Position numbers and translations under genes: made by a program. Shown here one piece after another: positions 17,631 through 28,671 of a stretch of DNA of 47,418 nucleotides. Within the stretch, counting starts at the first letter, position 1. Each line of letters starts with the position of its first letter. This DNA comes from a virus (taxonomy: Duplodnaviria > Caudoviricetes): positions 1 through 47,418 of the IMG/VR virus record IMGVR_UViG_3300037307_000217. One strand, written 5' to 3'. The notes under the pieces are model-generated. The model did no database searches. It saw only the letters and a list, made by a program, of their open reading frames with translations, and was not told the origin of the DNA.

Positions 17631-18881
17631 GTGAGTAACCTTAAAAGGTTTCCCAAGAATGACTGTGCATTGAAGACTTCGTCATACTTACAAGAGCAAG
17701 CGGGGACGGATCTTGCAATTCCAGAACTCGTACCAATCTCATCGTTGAACTATACAGCGCCAGGGCAGATCCCTCCCAGGAAAGGCAAGAAGCTAGTGAT
17801 TGCTGCTGTCCTTGCAGCAGTGTGCTATGGATCATACAATGTATGGAACACTTACTTCCGTTATGAGTCCTTCGGAGTAGTCTCTGCGAATGTCGTTGGT
17901 GTCTACTCTCCTATCGAAGGCAAGGTTCAAAGGTTGGAAGTGACTGAAGGTATGCCTGTTGAGGCAGGAAGCTATGTCGCCAAGGTTACTAACTCTAATG
18001 ACTATCGTGAACTTCTCAAGATTGAAGATGAGATCCAAGTTACTCAATCCGAGATAACTGCTAAGGAAAGCGAGAACCGTTGGAACCGTGGTCGCAACAA
18101 TGACACGTTCTACGAAGCAACTGGGCAGCTAACCACTGAAGAAGGACAACTGGCAGAGATCAAAGCAAAGCTGATTCTTCAGAAGACTAACCTGTCTCGT
18201 ATCAGGCTGCTCAAAGGTCAGGGAGCTGTGAGCCAACTCGATCTAGACAAAGCAGAGGCAGACGTTGCTCAGTCACAAGCGTTGATCTCTGGAAAGACGA
18301 ATACGATTGCAGCAATGAAGTCTCGCATCGAAAGATCCCGCCCTACTGTGGATGACGACGGATCTTCACAGATCATTCCATTGACGAAGAAGCTCGAGTA
18401 CCTCAAGAACGAGAAGAAGCGTCTAGAGGAGAAGATCGCTGAAGGGGAAATCACCAGTCCAGTGACAGGCATTGTTTCATCGATTACTCATCACGCTGGT
18501 GAAAGAATCACTGGAGACGAGATCTTCAACATCGTCGAAGACAACTCTACGAAGCTGGTACTGTACTACAACCCAGCGGCGCGAGTCCCACAGATTGGTG
18601 AAGAAGTAGATGTGTGGGGTCCGTCTCTCAATAAGACGGTCAAAACTAGGGTTGTTGCTCTATCCCGAGACACAGCAGCCCCACCAGACCAGATCAAGCG
18701 CAACTACTCTGCGGATGACAAGTTGATCAAAGTATACTTGCAACCCAAGGATGCTGACATCAACACGTTTATCGTAGGGAGCACTATCAAGCGCCCAAAT
18801 GTGATCGAATCAATCACTGGCTTGACTCAAGTCGCTAGTTTCTTAACTGGTGAAACTGCCAGCGCAAGCGAGAAGAAGTGA
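17631..18881 (+). CDS. HlyD-family membrane fusion (periplasmic adaptor) protein
   Basis: N-terminal TM, lipoyl halves SPIEGKVQRLEVTEG and ITSPVTGIV..GE, coiled-coil with GAVSQLDLD. Confidence 0.85.
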   Translation: MSNLKRFPKNDCALKTSSYLQEQAGTDLAIPELVPISSLNYTAPGQIPPRKGKKLVIAAVLAAVCYGSYNVWNTYFRYESFGVVSANVVGVYSPIEGKVQRLEVTEGMPVEAGSYVAKVTNSNDYRELLKIEDEIQVTQSEITAKESENRWNRGRNNDTFYEATGQLTTEEGQLAEIKAKLILQKTNLSRIRLLKGQGAVSQLDLDKAEADVAQSQALISGKTNTIAAMKSRIERSRPTVDDDGSSQIIPLTKKLEYLKNEKKRLEEKIAEGEITSPVTGIVSSITHHAGERITGDEIFNIVEDNSTKLVLYYNPAARVPQIGEEVDVWGPSLNKTVKTRVVALSRDTAAPPDQIKRNYSADDKLIKVYLQPKDADINTFIVGSTIKRPNVIESITGLTQVASFLTGETASASEKK

Positions 18882-18887
18882 GGTACT

Positions 18888-19589
18888 ATGATCAGTGCTA
18901 AACTAGCCACCTCAAAAGGTGAGTGGACTGGGGATTGTGAGATCACGGAAGATAAGTTCTCACTCTCAATAGAGACGTCTATCCCTATCGCATTCAGCTA
19001 TGGAGTTCTTCACTTCAGCAACACAACGGTTCCTGTGCCTGTGATGGCTGGGACATCTAGGTTCAAAGATGGTGTAATGACTGTGAAATGCCATCGTTTT
19101 GTTGATCCAACTGGATGCGTTGTTTATACCTCCTTCATAGAGGGCAACGATTATCAGTACCGCATTGATAAACAGTCTCTCGATCTATTTGTAAAGCATG
19201 GAGTTGCAACATCCAAAGTTGTCGATAGAGTGTTGATATGCCCGGAATGCGAGTGTGTAGCTTTCACTATTCGTCCTGGGTGTCCATCCTGCGGTTCTCA
19301 TGCTACTCGACCTGATCAACTGGTGCACCATTACGCTTGCGGGAACGTCGATCTCCTTGAGACATTCACAATCAATCGCCAGCAGGGCTCTCTCGCTTGC
19401 GGTAAGTGTCATAAGGATGGTCTAATCATCAACGTGGACTACGATGTCTCTGCCGGATTGCAGCGCTGCATGGATTGCGGTTGGACAGGTAACAACGCTA
19501 AGCTCATTGGCCGATGCTTGTGCTGTGAAACGACTTTCCTGGTCACAGAAGCGAAAGAAATCAACCTGATGGAGTACACAATGCTATGA
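18888..19589 (+). CDS. multi-Zn-ribbon protein (TackOD1-like output domain)
   Basis: CPEC, CPSC, HYAC, CGKC, CMDC, CLCC knuckles; family name is from recall of the Cys spacing. Confidence 0.6.
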   Translation: MISAKLATSKGEWTGDCEITEDKFSLSIETSIPIAFSYGVLHFSNTTVPVPVMAGTSRFKDGVMTVKCHRFVDPTGCVVYTSFIEGNDYQYRIDKQSLDLFVKHGVATSKVVDRVLICPECECVAFTIRPGCPSCGSHATRPDQLVHHYACGNVDLLETFTINRQQGSLACGKCHKDGLIINVDYDVSAGLQRCMDCGWTGNNAKLIGRCLCCETTFLVTEAKEINLMEYTML

Positions 19590-20875
19590 TTTACGATGCT
19601 CTGTACTGGTTCTCAGGATTCAGTACAGAGCAGTATCTCATGACTTTCAGTGGGATGCTGCTCTTAGATGGTCCTAGATACCTATTCGCAAACCTAGTCT
19701 TGCTGATGTGGACTTTCTTTTCGGATCTATGGCATGGAAAGCAAACCCCAAAGGGAGCCTATCTGCCTACAGTGTGTGCGCTCATTCCTGGCTTGAACGA
19801 GTCTGCAACAATGAGACAGTGCCTGGAGACAATCCACGGCAGTTATCCGTTTCTCCAGATCATAGTCATCGACGACGGATCTACAGATGGTACATTCGAG
19901 ATTGCGTCTAAGTTTGCAGAGACACATAGTGATGTCTTGGTTCTGAGACGTCCTCATGGTGGTGGCAAGAGCACTGCACAGAACTTCGCATACCCTTACA
20001 TCACTGCAGAGATCATTGTCGTCATCGACTCAGACAGCACCTTCGGACCTGATGCTATCTACCGATTGGTGCAGCCGTTTAGAGATCCTGAAGTGGGCGG
20101 AACATCGGGCTGTATCCTCGTCAGGAATCCTACAGACAGCCTATGCACGCTATTCCAAGCCTATGAGTATCTGATCTCGATCATGGTGGGTAGAGTGCTC
20201 TCAGCTAAAATGGGGATGCTATCCATTATCAGTGGTGCCTTTGGTGCATTCAGAACAGACATCTTCCGTCGTGGATACGGTATGGATGTTGGACCTAGTG
20301 AAGATTCAGATATCACCATCCGCATTCGCAAGATGGGTTACAAGGTGGTGTTCGTACCTGAGTCAGAGTGCTATACGGATGTTCCGATCAAATGGAAGCA
20401 ACTATGGAATCAAAGACTCCGTTGGGATATGGGAATCGTCAGAATCCATCTTCGCAAGCATATCGAAGGCGCCAGTCTGGTGAGCAACAACTTCCGATTC
20501 ACGAACTTCTTGTACTGGTACGACACCATGTTCTTTTCAGTGTGGTGTACCTTCTCGTTCTGGTTCATGTTAGGCGCTCTGTTTTTGAATCTGGATTGGC
20601 AGACTATCAAGAACTTATCCGTTTGCGTTGCACTCGGGTATGGGATCTTTGGATTCTTCCAAGTCCTCACTGTTATGTTCTACAGTGTGAATCTTAAGCG
20701 TGACTTGCTACCTTGTATCGTGTTCCCGCTCTATTCACTCTATGGAGGATTCTTCATGCGAGCAGTGAGGACAGTAGCTTGCATTGATGAGCTCATCAAT
20801 AGATCTTCTTACCGTGACAACTATGTGCCCAACTATGTCCAAAGGCACGCCTACCTGTGGAAGACGAAGTACTAA
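19586..20875 (+). CDS. processive GT2 glycosyltransferase (PgaC/IcaA/hyaluronan-synthase-like)
   Basis: DDGSTD, DSD, SGAFGAFR, SED, QRLRW motifs; several TM helices. Confidence 0.9.
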   Translation: MIYDALYWFSGFSTEQYLMTFSGMLLLDGPRYLFANLVLLMWTFFSDLWHGKQTPKGAYLPTVCALIPGLNESATMRQCLETIHGSYPFLQIIVIDDGSTDGTFEIASKFAETHSDVLVLRRPHGGGKSTAQNFAYPYITAEIIVVIDSDSTFGPDAIYRLVQPFRDPEVGGTSGCILVRNPTDSLCTLFQAYEYLISIMVGRVLSAKMGMLSIISGAFGAFRTDIFRRGYGMDVGPSEDSDITIRIRKMGYKVVFVPESECYTDVPIKWKQLWNQRLRWDMGIVRIHLRKHIEGASLVSNNFRFTNFLYWYDTMFFSVWCTFSFWFMLGALFLNLDWQTIKNLSVCVALGYGIFGFFQVLTVMFYSVNLKRDLLPCIVFPLYSLYGGFFMRAVRTVACIDELINRSSYRDNYVPNYVQRHAYLWKTKY

Positions 20876-21780
20876 TGAAATGTATAAATACTTATCTCGG
20901 AGCATGTCTCATGCTCATTTCATCTATCGTTTCTGCAAATCCATCAGGAGGTAGCACTATGAGAGGATTGCTAGTTGGAGAACTCTACTCCATCGTAACT
21001 GACACAACCAAAACCCAACAGTTCCTTGATTTCATCAAGAAGTATGGGTTCACTGAATTGACCTTCTACACTGGTGGCCCTGTCGCGACTAGAGTCATTC
21101 CATTGAAGCAGCCAGAGCTTAAGTCTCTGATCGAGAAAGTGAGGGCACAAGGAGTGAAGTTTGTATCTATCGCTGTCGGCGGAACTGCAGAGATGGATAG
21201 AGTCAACAAGTTCTTAGAGACTCAATCGGTCAAGATCGATGGATTGTGGCTTGAATACGAATGGTGGAACAACTCACCAAGAGACTTCACCACCAACGCA
21301 ACGACGATTCTTAAGTACATGCGATCTAAAGCAGCGCCTGGTACGGTTATCGGAGCCTACATCGGATGGACTACCCAGAGTGAGATGACTGCTCTAATCA
21401 AACTCGTTGATCGTGTGTACATGCACTCGTATGTCGACAAAGGATCAAAGTTGTACCCGAAGGTTCAGTCTCGTCTTGATCAAATCAAGAGAGCAGCTCC
21501 CACTACCAAGGTCAAGGTACTTCCAATCATCAGTGCTGAATGGCTGCCCCCAGCAATCTGCAACTTGGGCCCGTCAGCCCCAGGATACTACGACAACATG
21601 TGCTTCTTGGGTCCTTGGTTGAAGGCCAATGGTGCATTTGATGGCGCAGAGGCGGCATTCAACTTGGCAGAGAAAGCAGATAGGCCAATACTGTCTACGA
21701 CTAAGACCTGGCGTGACTATGCGGAGATCACTGGATTCTACTTCTACTCATACACACATTGCGTAGATGCACTGAAATGA
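20875..21780 (+). CDS. secreted protein, possible TIM-barrel glycoside hydrolase
   Basis: Signal peptide; IDGLWLEYE resembles the GH18 DGxxxDxE motif; operon context. Confidence 0.5.
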   Translation: MKCINTYLGACLMLISSIVSANPSGGSTMRGLLVGELYSIVTDTTKTQQFLDFIKKYGFTELTFYTGGPVATRVIPLKQPELKSLIEKVRAQGVKFVSIAVGGTAEMDRVNKFLETQSVKIDGLWLEYEWWNNSPRDFTTNATTILKYMRSKAAPGTVIGAYIGWTTQSEMTALIKLVDRVYMHSYVDKGSKLYPKVQSRLDQIKRAAPTTKVKVLPIISAEWLPPAICNLGPSAPGYYDNMCFLGPWLKANGAFDGAEAAFNLAEKADRPILSTTKTWRDYAEITGFYFYSYTHCVDALK

Positions 21781-21972
21781 CAGATTGGGATAGATTGTCG
21801 AGAACTCCTAACTTGCCCATAGAGATCCTTCGGAACGAAAGAGACAATCTGAACTGGCGATTAGTGCAACGCAACACTCATTTGACACAAGAGATGCTAG
21901 TCGAGTTCTCTGATAAGATCGACTGGCATCTCTACTTTATAATGCAACCGTACTACATCTCGGAGAGGGCAC

Positions 21973-22707
21973 GTGAGAGTATTCAGCAAGTTTCGTGACT
22001 ACTATGATTCTGTACAGAACACTCAGTACGATGAACAGGGAGTGGTGTGGGTCAGGAACTCTTTCCAAGCTAGTAAAGACGAAGTCCAGAAAGTCTTGAC
22101 ACTACTGCGAATTGAATACGAGTATCTTCATACTGTATTCAAACCCAGAGACGCGATTGTCCTCAAGAATGGATATCATGTCAGTCGAGTGCGCGGAATC
22201 AATCATTCTTGCATAGCCTGTCTGATATGCGTTGCAGGCAAGGTGTATCCGATGATAGAAGCTCAGTTTCGATACTATCGTGGAGATGAATGGAACACTT
22301 TCGTTAAGCAGTACTATGATTTCGACTCATTCTTCACGGGACATGGAATCATGGGAGATGATTGCAGGTTCTATGATAAGCCAGCCTACCCGCAATGGTT
22401 CTTCGCAATCAATAGAGAAGTGCAGACCAGTAAGCCTTGGGAGATGCTTAACACTCCAGTGTTTATCATCCGCCCCCTAGTCAGCGATTGGAGATCCAAA
22501 GAGTACTCGATCGAAGGTAGTCCAGAATTGAAGCCGTTAGGATTCATGAAAGTGTTGGATCCTTTCACGATCTGGCAGGAGATAGATGTGTTTCTCAACA
22601 ACCAGCTCGTACACGAATTGGATCCAGGCAATGTTCCTGAGAAGTATCGCTACATCCAGTACGGATTTGATCCTAAGTGGTCTTTCCGTACACAACCTAG
22701 TTCTTAA
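21973..22707 (+). CDS. phage hypothetical protein
   Basis: 244 aa; SKFRDYYD start and GFD..WSFR end. Confidence 0.65.
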   Translation: MRVFSKFRDYYDSVQNTQYDEQGVVWVRNSFQASKDEVQKVLTLLRIEYEYLHTVFKPRDAIVLKNGYHVSRVRGINHSCIACLICVAGKVYPMIEAQFRYYRGDEWNTFVKQYYDFDSFFTGHGIMGDDCRFYDKPAYPQWFFAINREVQTSKPWEMLNTPVFIIRPLVSDWRSKEYSIEGSPELKPLGFMKVLDPFTIWQEIDVFLNNQLVHELDPGNVPEKYRYIQYGFDPKWSFRTQPSS

Positions 22708-22726
22708 CAACACACTGGAGATTGTA

Positions 22727-23518
22727 ATGCTCATCGATATCGTAAGTGACATGCACCTTAGGGATCTAACTGATCTGGGCGATCAGTTCTACACTGCGAA
22801 CGCTCCTGTTCTAGCGGTGTTAGGTGATATGTGTGAAGTCAGACAGATCAGAAAGATGCTGCCGATATTCAAGAGGATGAGCGATAGCTGGGAAAGAGTG
22901 CTCTTCATCTTAGGCAATCATGAGTTCTACTATGGTTGTCTGGATTCAACTCCAGACTACATAAGAGAAGAGCTGTCTCGTTACCACAACATTCACGTCT
23001 TGGATAACGACGCAACGACTATTGGAGATGTTACGTTCATCGGAACAACACTATGGAGTGATATGCACAGGAACGATCCGATGACTAAACTCGAGTGTAA
23101 GAAAGGGATCTCTGATTACTTTTACATCTTTCCTTCACTGAAGGGAGTGTCATCTCGTGGAAGAGCAATCAGCCCTGATGACACAGTCTCACTCTTCAAC
23201 ATCAATACGACCTTCATTGATGAGATGCTTTGGTTGTTCACTCAAGCTAAGAAGATCGCTGTACTTACACACCATGCCCCATCGTATCAGAGTATCGCTC
23301 CATACTACAAGACCAGCATGTTCAACGGGGCTTTTGCAAGCAATCTAGAGCACATCATGGTAGATAACACCAAGATCAAGCTCTGGGCGCATGGGCACTG
23401 CCACAGTGATTTTGATTACAATGTTGAACAGTGTCGAGTAGTCTGTCACCCAATGGGATATATTGGTGAGCTGTATGGTCGCTCTCATGATTACGTCCCA
23501 CTAACTGTAGACATCTAG
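22727..23518 (+). CDS. calcineurin-like metallophosphoesterase
   Basis: SDMH, LGD, GNHE, THH, HGHCH motifs; GGAG SD before ATG 22727. Confidence 0.9.
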   Translation: MLIDIVSDMHLRDLTDLGDQFYTANAPVLAVLGDMCEVRQIRKMLPIFKRMSDSWERVLFILGNHEFYYGCLDSTPDYIREELSRYHNIHVLDNDATTIGDVTFIGTTLWSDMHRNDPMTKLECKKGISDYFYIFPSLKGVSSRGRAISPDDTVSLFNINTTFIDEMLWLFTQAKKIAVLTHHAPSYQSIAPYYKTSMFNGAFASNLEHIMVDNTKIKLWAHGHCHSDFDYNVEQCRVVCHPMGYIGELYGRSHDYVPLTVDI

Positions 23519-24136
23519 AGATCATATGCGATGGTATCACTTGAAACACGTTCGAAGTACATTTCTACAATCATAGATGATATCATCAGTAAGACTACGG
23601 TTAGGGTGAAAGAGGTTGAAGTGAAGGGAGACCGAGTAACAATCACGATGTTTCAATGCCCAGGCAAGAAAGTGTTCAAAGCAGTGAAGCGAACAGCTAA
23701 CGCAAAACTCAAGACAGATATCCATCACGATTGCGATGGAACCTGTGAAATATCATTTTCAATGAAGGAGGACGATAATGAATAGTAGGGCATTCTACCG
23801 CATACTCTACGGATGGGATGTTGAGCTTTGGGAGACTATGCGGCATTCGTTACTGTGCCATCTTCGTCAAACTAACCGAGAGCTTGACAGATAGGCTGGT
23901 TGTCCAATACACTAATGGGACTAGACGATCGGTGGCAGGCATGTTCCTGTTCACCGATCAGGCGCTCGCTCTAGCCTGGCTTGAAGACCAAAAGCAAAAG
24001 GAGCTATCAGCGTTGAACATCAAAATCACTGAGATCAATGCTCAGATTGAAGATGTCTACAAACGCTATCTCAACGTACCAATGGAATCGGCACCGAAAG
24101 TTGCTGTCGTTGGTTAACCCTAAAGAGGACTACATA

Positions 24137-24565
24137 ATGTGTGAAAAAACAAGTGCGCAACGCTTTCGACATCACTTCTTGATCAATGGAGCTATTCTGA
24201 CGGTTTGTACTGAACTTCAGTACGAGACTCGTCAAGTCAGAGTTGGGTGGAGTGTCTTCAATCCTAATGACTCGAGATGGATTCGCAAGATGGGCAATCA
24301 GATAGCTCGCAATCGACTCCACAACAACTCGATCTACTTCGTCCTTTCAGAAGCTGAGCCTGTTCTATGTGACTACATCAGTCTCAAGGCCCTCATGGTC
24401 ATTCTAGGAAACAGTTTGGAGCCACCAGAAGATTGCCCTAACCCCGCTGATCATCCGAGTGCTATCTCTGCTCCTACTCGCCAGGCCATCCAAGTTGAAA
24501 TGATTTCTATGATTGATCTGCTTGGCCAACGTGTTGGTCTGTCCAGTCTGAGAGCTTTCCTATGA
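24137..24565 (+). CDS. hypothetical protein
   Basis: GAGG SD before ATG 24137. Confidence 0.55.
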   Translation: MCEKTSAQRFRHHFLINGAILTVCTELQYETRQVRVGWSVFNPNDSRWIRKMGNQIARNRLHNNSIYFVLSEAEPVLCDYISLKALMVILGNSLEPPEDCPNPADHPSAISAPTRQAIQVEMISMIDLLGQRVGLSSLRAFL

Positions 24566-24954
24566 TTGACTACATTCTCGGATACTGGGCCAACCCCTGG
24601 ATTGCGCTATTTCTATACTGGTTGCCGTTGGGCATCTGTGCTGTCGGCTACACCTTGAGGACATTTGAGAACTATCAGAAAGATCTCAAAGCCAGGAGCG
24701 AATACGTCACTGCAAGGGCTGCCGCCAAGGCAGTGGAAGGAACTGACAATGGGCGAGCAATGATGGCTGTCGGCTACTACCGCCCAACTGATAAGATTGG
24801 TACTCTCATTGGAAGGGCAGTAGTCTCTATCTGCCCTATTGCTAATGTATGGTCAGCCATGTTCGATGTGAGCCCTCGCTTGTTCCATCGTCTGATCCAA
24901 CAGATCGAGAGATTCTTCGACCAGCCACTAGTACCTTCTCCCGACCGCGATTAG
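24562..24954 (+). CDS. membrane hypothetical protein
   Basis: Two hydrophobic segments; ATGA coupling. Confidence 0.6.
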   Translation: MIDYILGYWANPWIALFLYWLPLGICAVGYTLRTFENYQKDLKARSEYVTARAAAKAVEGTDNGRAMMAVGYYRPTDKIGTLIGRAVVSICPIANVWSAMFDVSPRLFHRLIQQIERFFDQPLVPSPDRD

Positions 24955-24964
24955 CAGAATCTGG

Positions 24965-24993
24965 TTGACTTTACGGTACGAAGATGCTATAAT
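24965..24993 (+). promoter_or_regulatory. sigma70-like early promoter
   Basis: TTGACT-17-TATAAT with TG extension. Confidence 0.8.
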
Positions 24994-25293
24994 ATACCTG
25001 TAAGTCAACCAACCTTCCAGCAGGCAACACAAATGATCGAGTTCGAAGTCGTCGGTTATACACTCACCGGAATGTACTGTCAGCCGGTTATGGCCACTTC
25101 TAAGGAAGAGGCTCTCGAGATCGGTAAACCGAAGTTGATCAAAGAGTTGCGCCCAGTAGGGAAAATTCAACGCTGGGAGGTTCGTAAGGCCTGACTTTCT
25201 ATTGATTCATAACTCAAACAGAGGAGTACGTGTCATGTAGCCTAAACGCAGTCTCGTTCTTGCTTGTGGAAAATTGAACTAGAGGATAATGAA

Positions 25294-25917
25294 ATGAAGG
25301 TCAAGCACTCCCGTACGTATCACTTGCCCTGGAGTCCCGGGGTAGGTAGCGATGATCGCGTTCTTAGATCAACAGATCAGTTTGAAGGGCGTCGAGTCAT
25401 CGTAACTGAGAAACGCGACGGCGAGTGTACATCGTTGTATCGTGATGGAACGGTGCACGCTCGCAGCATTGATGGAACTAACCATCCTTGGCAGGATGCA
25501 GTGAAAGCAATGTGGCGCGAGCGTTGCATCGATCTCCCTGAAGAGTGGCGCATAGTTGGTGAGAATCTCTACGCTGAACACAGCATCCGCTACGACAACC
25601 TCACCGATTGGATTGAAGTATTCGCCATCTTTGATGAGACCAATACAGCCCTATCTTGGGATGAAACGGTTGAATGGAGTTCACTACTCGGCCTCTGGAC
25701 GGTTCCTGTCTTGTGGAAGGGCTTGTGGGATGAAGATCAGATCCGTCATTTGCAGTACAATCTAGATTCAGAAAAACAAGAAGGGTTTGTAGTTCGAGTC
25801 GACGGTCCTATCGCATTTGAAGATTGGGACTGGGTAGTAGCTAAATGGGTACGCAAAGGTCATGTTCAAACTGATCAACATTGGACCAAGACCTGGAGGC
25901 CAAACTCAAAAGGATAA
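25294..25917 (+). CDS. ATP-dependent RNA ligase family protein
   Basis: Motif I TEKRDGE, GENL, EGFVVR, AKWVR. Confidence 0.85.
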   Translation: MKVKHSRTYHLPWSPGVGSDDRVLRSTDQFEGRRVIVTEKRDGECTSLYRDGTVHARSIDGTNHPWQDAVKAMWRERCIDLPEEWRIVGENLYAEHSIRYDNLTDWIEVFAIFDETNTALSWDETVEWSSLLGLWTVPVLWKGLWDEDQIRHLQYNLDSEKQEGFVVRVDGPIAFEDWDWVVAKWVRKGHVQTDQHWTKTWRPNSKG

Positions 25918-26132
25918 GAAGGATGAACATGATCTTTCGTTACATCGTCACCCTGTACCTTGCAGGGGATTGGTTTATGGTGATTGGTTACTCTCTCGCA
26001 GGAGCAAGTATGTCCACCATTCTCATGGCTCATCTTGCAGCATCTGCTGTTGCGTTAGTAGCTCGGGGTGGCGTTGACTCGTTGACTTCTGCCTCAGCTC
26101 TTGCCACAATGATAGGCAGGTGTTAATACATT

Positions 26133-26787
26133 ATGAAATCCTACATTAGGAGGTGAAAGATGCGGAACTATATGCTTTGATAAACTTTATGATTCTTACC
26201 AGCTTGGACGTTTCGACAAGCTAACTCACAACTTCAATGTCTACCCGACTGAGTCGTTTCGAGCGATAGCAACACTGCTCTGTACGGAGACAGGAGTTCC
26301 TCACGTCGACTCATTCATCGCAGGCGTTGCAATGTGTAATGGGTACTCTACAATCATGGAAAGATATTCCTCGTTAGTGTTGATGATGGCAGATAACAAC
26401 ATCTACACATACAATGGGGTGCCTGCGAAGAGCATTGGATGGGATATCTCAGGCTATCCGTTGTTAGATAGGGGGGTGGGTCGCAAACGCCTCAACGTCA
26501 AAGCTTCGACGGTTAGTTATCGAGATGGCCTTGACTCGGTTGCTAATTTGAGATTCAATCGCACATCAAAAGTTGATTGTCTCTTGTTTGGCATCAACTG
26601 GATGAATGATTCCACTTATGTTGGGCTCTGGACCGATTATCATCCTAGGTACACCATCAAGAGACCTCTCCACGACGTACGTGAGGGAGCGGAATGGGGC
26701 TATGGCACATCAGTACAGCGTGTTGATCATAGCGTCACATCATGTGTTTCAAAGATGAGAGATTTCTTTTCTCGCTGGAAGTGGTAG
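26133..26787 (+). CDS. hypothetical protein; probable frameshift near 26148
   Basis: The 26332 frame is open back to about 26149; ATG 26133 is one base out of frame. Confidence 0.45.
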
Positions 26788-26792
26788 GCCTC

Positions 26793-26821
26793 TTGACTTC
26801 CAGGCAGGAGTATGCTATTAT
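26793..26821 (+). promoter_or_regulatory. sigma70-like promoter
   Basis: TTGACT-17-TATTAT with TG extension. Confidence 0.7.
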
Positions 26822-26855
26822 ACGCTTTCACAGTTAACACACAGAGGTATAACTC

Positions 26856-27071
26856 ATGACCCAAGCCTCAGATGCATCTCAGAAACTGTCAAAAGCTGAT
26901 CAGCGCATCATGCGTCCGAAGAACGGCACTCCTGTCTGGAATCAGAAGTATCTTGCAGCTAAAGGCATCGACCACAAAGCATTCGTAGAAGAGCACGGAT
27001 TGCATCAAGTCTACGATGATCTAGAGACGATGAATGTCTATGAGTTTGAGACGAAGTACAATCTTCGATAA
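26856..27071 (+). CDS. small hypothetical protein
   Basis: GAGG SD after promoter. Confidence 0.6.
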   Translation: MTQASDASQKLSKADQRIMRPKNGTPVWNQKYLAAKGIDHKAFVEEHGLHQVYDDLETMNVYEFETKYNLR

Positions 27072-27085
27072 CACAAGGTAAAATC

Positions 27086-27991
27086 ATGAAAAAGTGTATC
27101 TTAACTGTTGGAATCAGCGCTAGCGGCAAGACGACTTGGGCTGAGGAGTTCGTTCAAAATCAAGTGAAGTGTGGAGAGAACTGGCACAACATCAACAGAG
27201 ATCAGATCCGAGAAGAGGTCTTTGAGATCAAAACCGGATTTCCTCGATTCCGTTGGAGTGACTGGAGCCGCACTTGGGAGAAAGAAACATCTGAACGCTG
27301 GAAGTTGCTGATCCAACAAGTACTCGCCAATCCTGATCTGGATGGTGTTGTCATCAGTGACACCAATCTCAATCCTAAGACGCGCAATTGGCTCACGCGA
27401 GTCTTTGAAGAAGCAGGGTGGGATGTGGATTTGAAGTTCTTCCCAATCGACTACGAAGTGGCCGTTAAGAGAGACCTCTCGCGAATCAACCCTGTCGGTA
27501 GCCACGCTATCGCAGAACAGATCGAGAAGTACTGGGATCAGTTCTGTGAGAGGTATGTAGGTGATGAGACTCTACCCAGAGCAGTGATCGTCGACATCGA
27601 CGGAACGGTGGCTCATACAACCACGCGTAACATCTATGATTGGACGGCTGTACACACTGACCGCTCTGATACTGTGGTGTGTGATGTAGTGCGAGGATTG
27701 AAAGCTCAAGGGTACAAGATTGTAGTGACCAGTGGTCGAGATGAGATATCCAGAGAGTTCACTTGGAACTGGTTGGTCAGTCACCTCGGATTCGAGCCCG
27801 ATGATCTATTCATGCGCCCATTCAAAGATATGAGAAGGGACGCCATCGTCAAGCGTGAGTTGTTTGACGCTTACATCAGGAATAAATACAATGTGGTGCT
27901 GGCCATCGATGATCGTCCAGTGATCGTAAGATTGTGGCGTAGCCTCGGTATTCAGACACTGGCTTGCGGATTACAGCACAAGGAGTTCTAG
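27086..27991 (+). CDS. pseT: polynucleotide 5'-kinase / 3'-phosphatase (T4 PseT-like)
   Basis: P-loop GISASGKT and INRD; HAD domain DIDGT, SGR, DDR. Confidence 0.9.
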   Translation: MKKCILTVGISASGKTTWAEEFVQNQVKCGENWHNINRDQIREEVFEIKTGFPRFRWSDWSRTWEKETSERWKLLIQQVLANPDLDGVVISDTNLNPKTRNWLTRVFEEAGWDVDLKFFPIDYEVAVKRDLSRINPVGSHAIAEQIEKYWDQFCERYVGDETLPRAVIVDIDGTVAHTTTRNIYDWTAVHTDRSDTVVCDVVRGLKAQGYKIVVTSGRDEISREFTWNWLVSHLGFEPDDLFMRPFKDMRRDAIVKRELFDAYIRNKYNVVLAIDDRPVIVRLWRSLGIQTLACGLQHKEF

Positions 27992-28239
27992 ATGAAAAGC
28001 TTTGAAGACATGGTAACTCAAATCTTTGGAGAACGATTGACATCATGGAGACAGGAGACTGATCGAGGATTGCTGTTCGATTACGTGGTCATCAACCTCA
28101 ATGATGAGCCTACTGGACAAGATAAGGCGTCAATCATCGAGTATCTGAAGAGTCGTTACCCTGAAGTGTTTGTCATTGAAAACCATCATACCCGCGAATC
28201 AGATTTCCAATTGAGGGTGTACACCCGTTAACCGAATGC

Positions 28240-28312
28240 GCGGGTATAGCTCAAAGGTAGAGCGTGATGGCTTCCGACCCTCAAGATGCGCGTTCGAATC
28301 GCGTTGCCCGCT
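28240..28312 (+). tRNA. tRNA-Gly(TCC), no encoded CCA
   Basis: GCGGGTA/TGCCCGC, loop CTTCCGA, T-arm GCGCGTTCGAATCGCGT. Confidence 0.7.
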
Positions 28313-28575
28313 CGATATTACGAGGAGATGATTATGAGTAACTGTGATGATTTGATGGAGCAACTCAGCGATTGTTGTGAGTTACTTCGGGGCCCAAAAC
28401 AATCACCATGCAGACTAGATCCACAGGTTGTAAGCTAAACTTTGATCTAGATCATGTTCCGCAATTCAATCCTGTCGATGTTGAAGATGGTGTGAAAACA
28501 GTTGCAATCTACAAATGCCATGACGTTCCTGGCTATTCAGAAGTTCACATCGTTGTGGTAGCACGCAAAAACAAT

Positions 28576-28649
28576 GTCCTGGTGGCAGAGTGACTATGCC
28601 GACGGCTGCAACCCGTCTCAGGGGAGTTAAAATCTCTCCCAGGACTCCA
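28576..28649 (+). tRNA. tRNA-Cys(GCA)
   Basis: GACGG-CTGCAAC-CCGTC; U73 then CCA. Confidence 0.85.
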
Positions 28650-28671
28650 AACTATAACAAGGAGCAGTACC

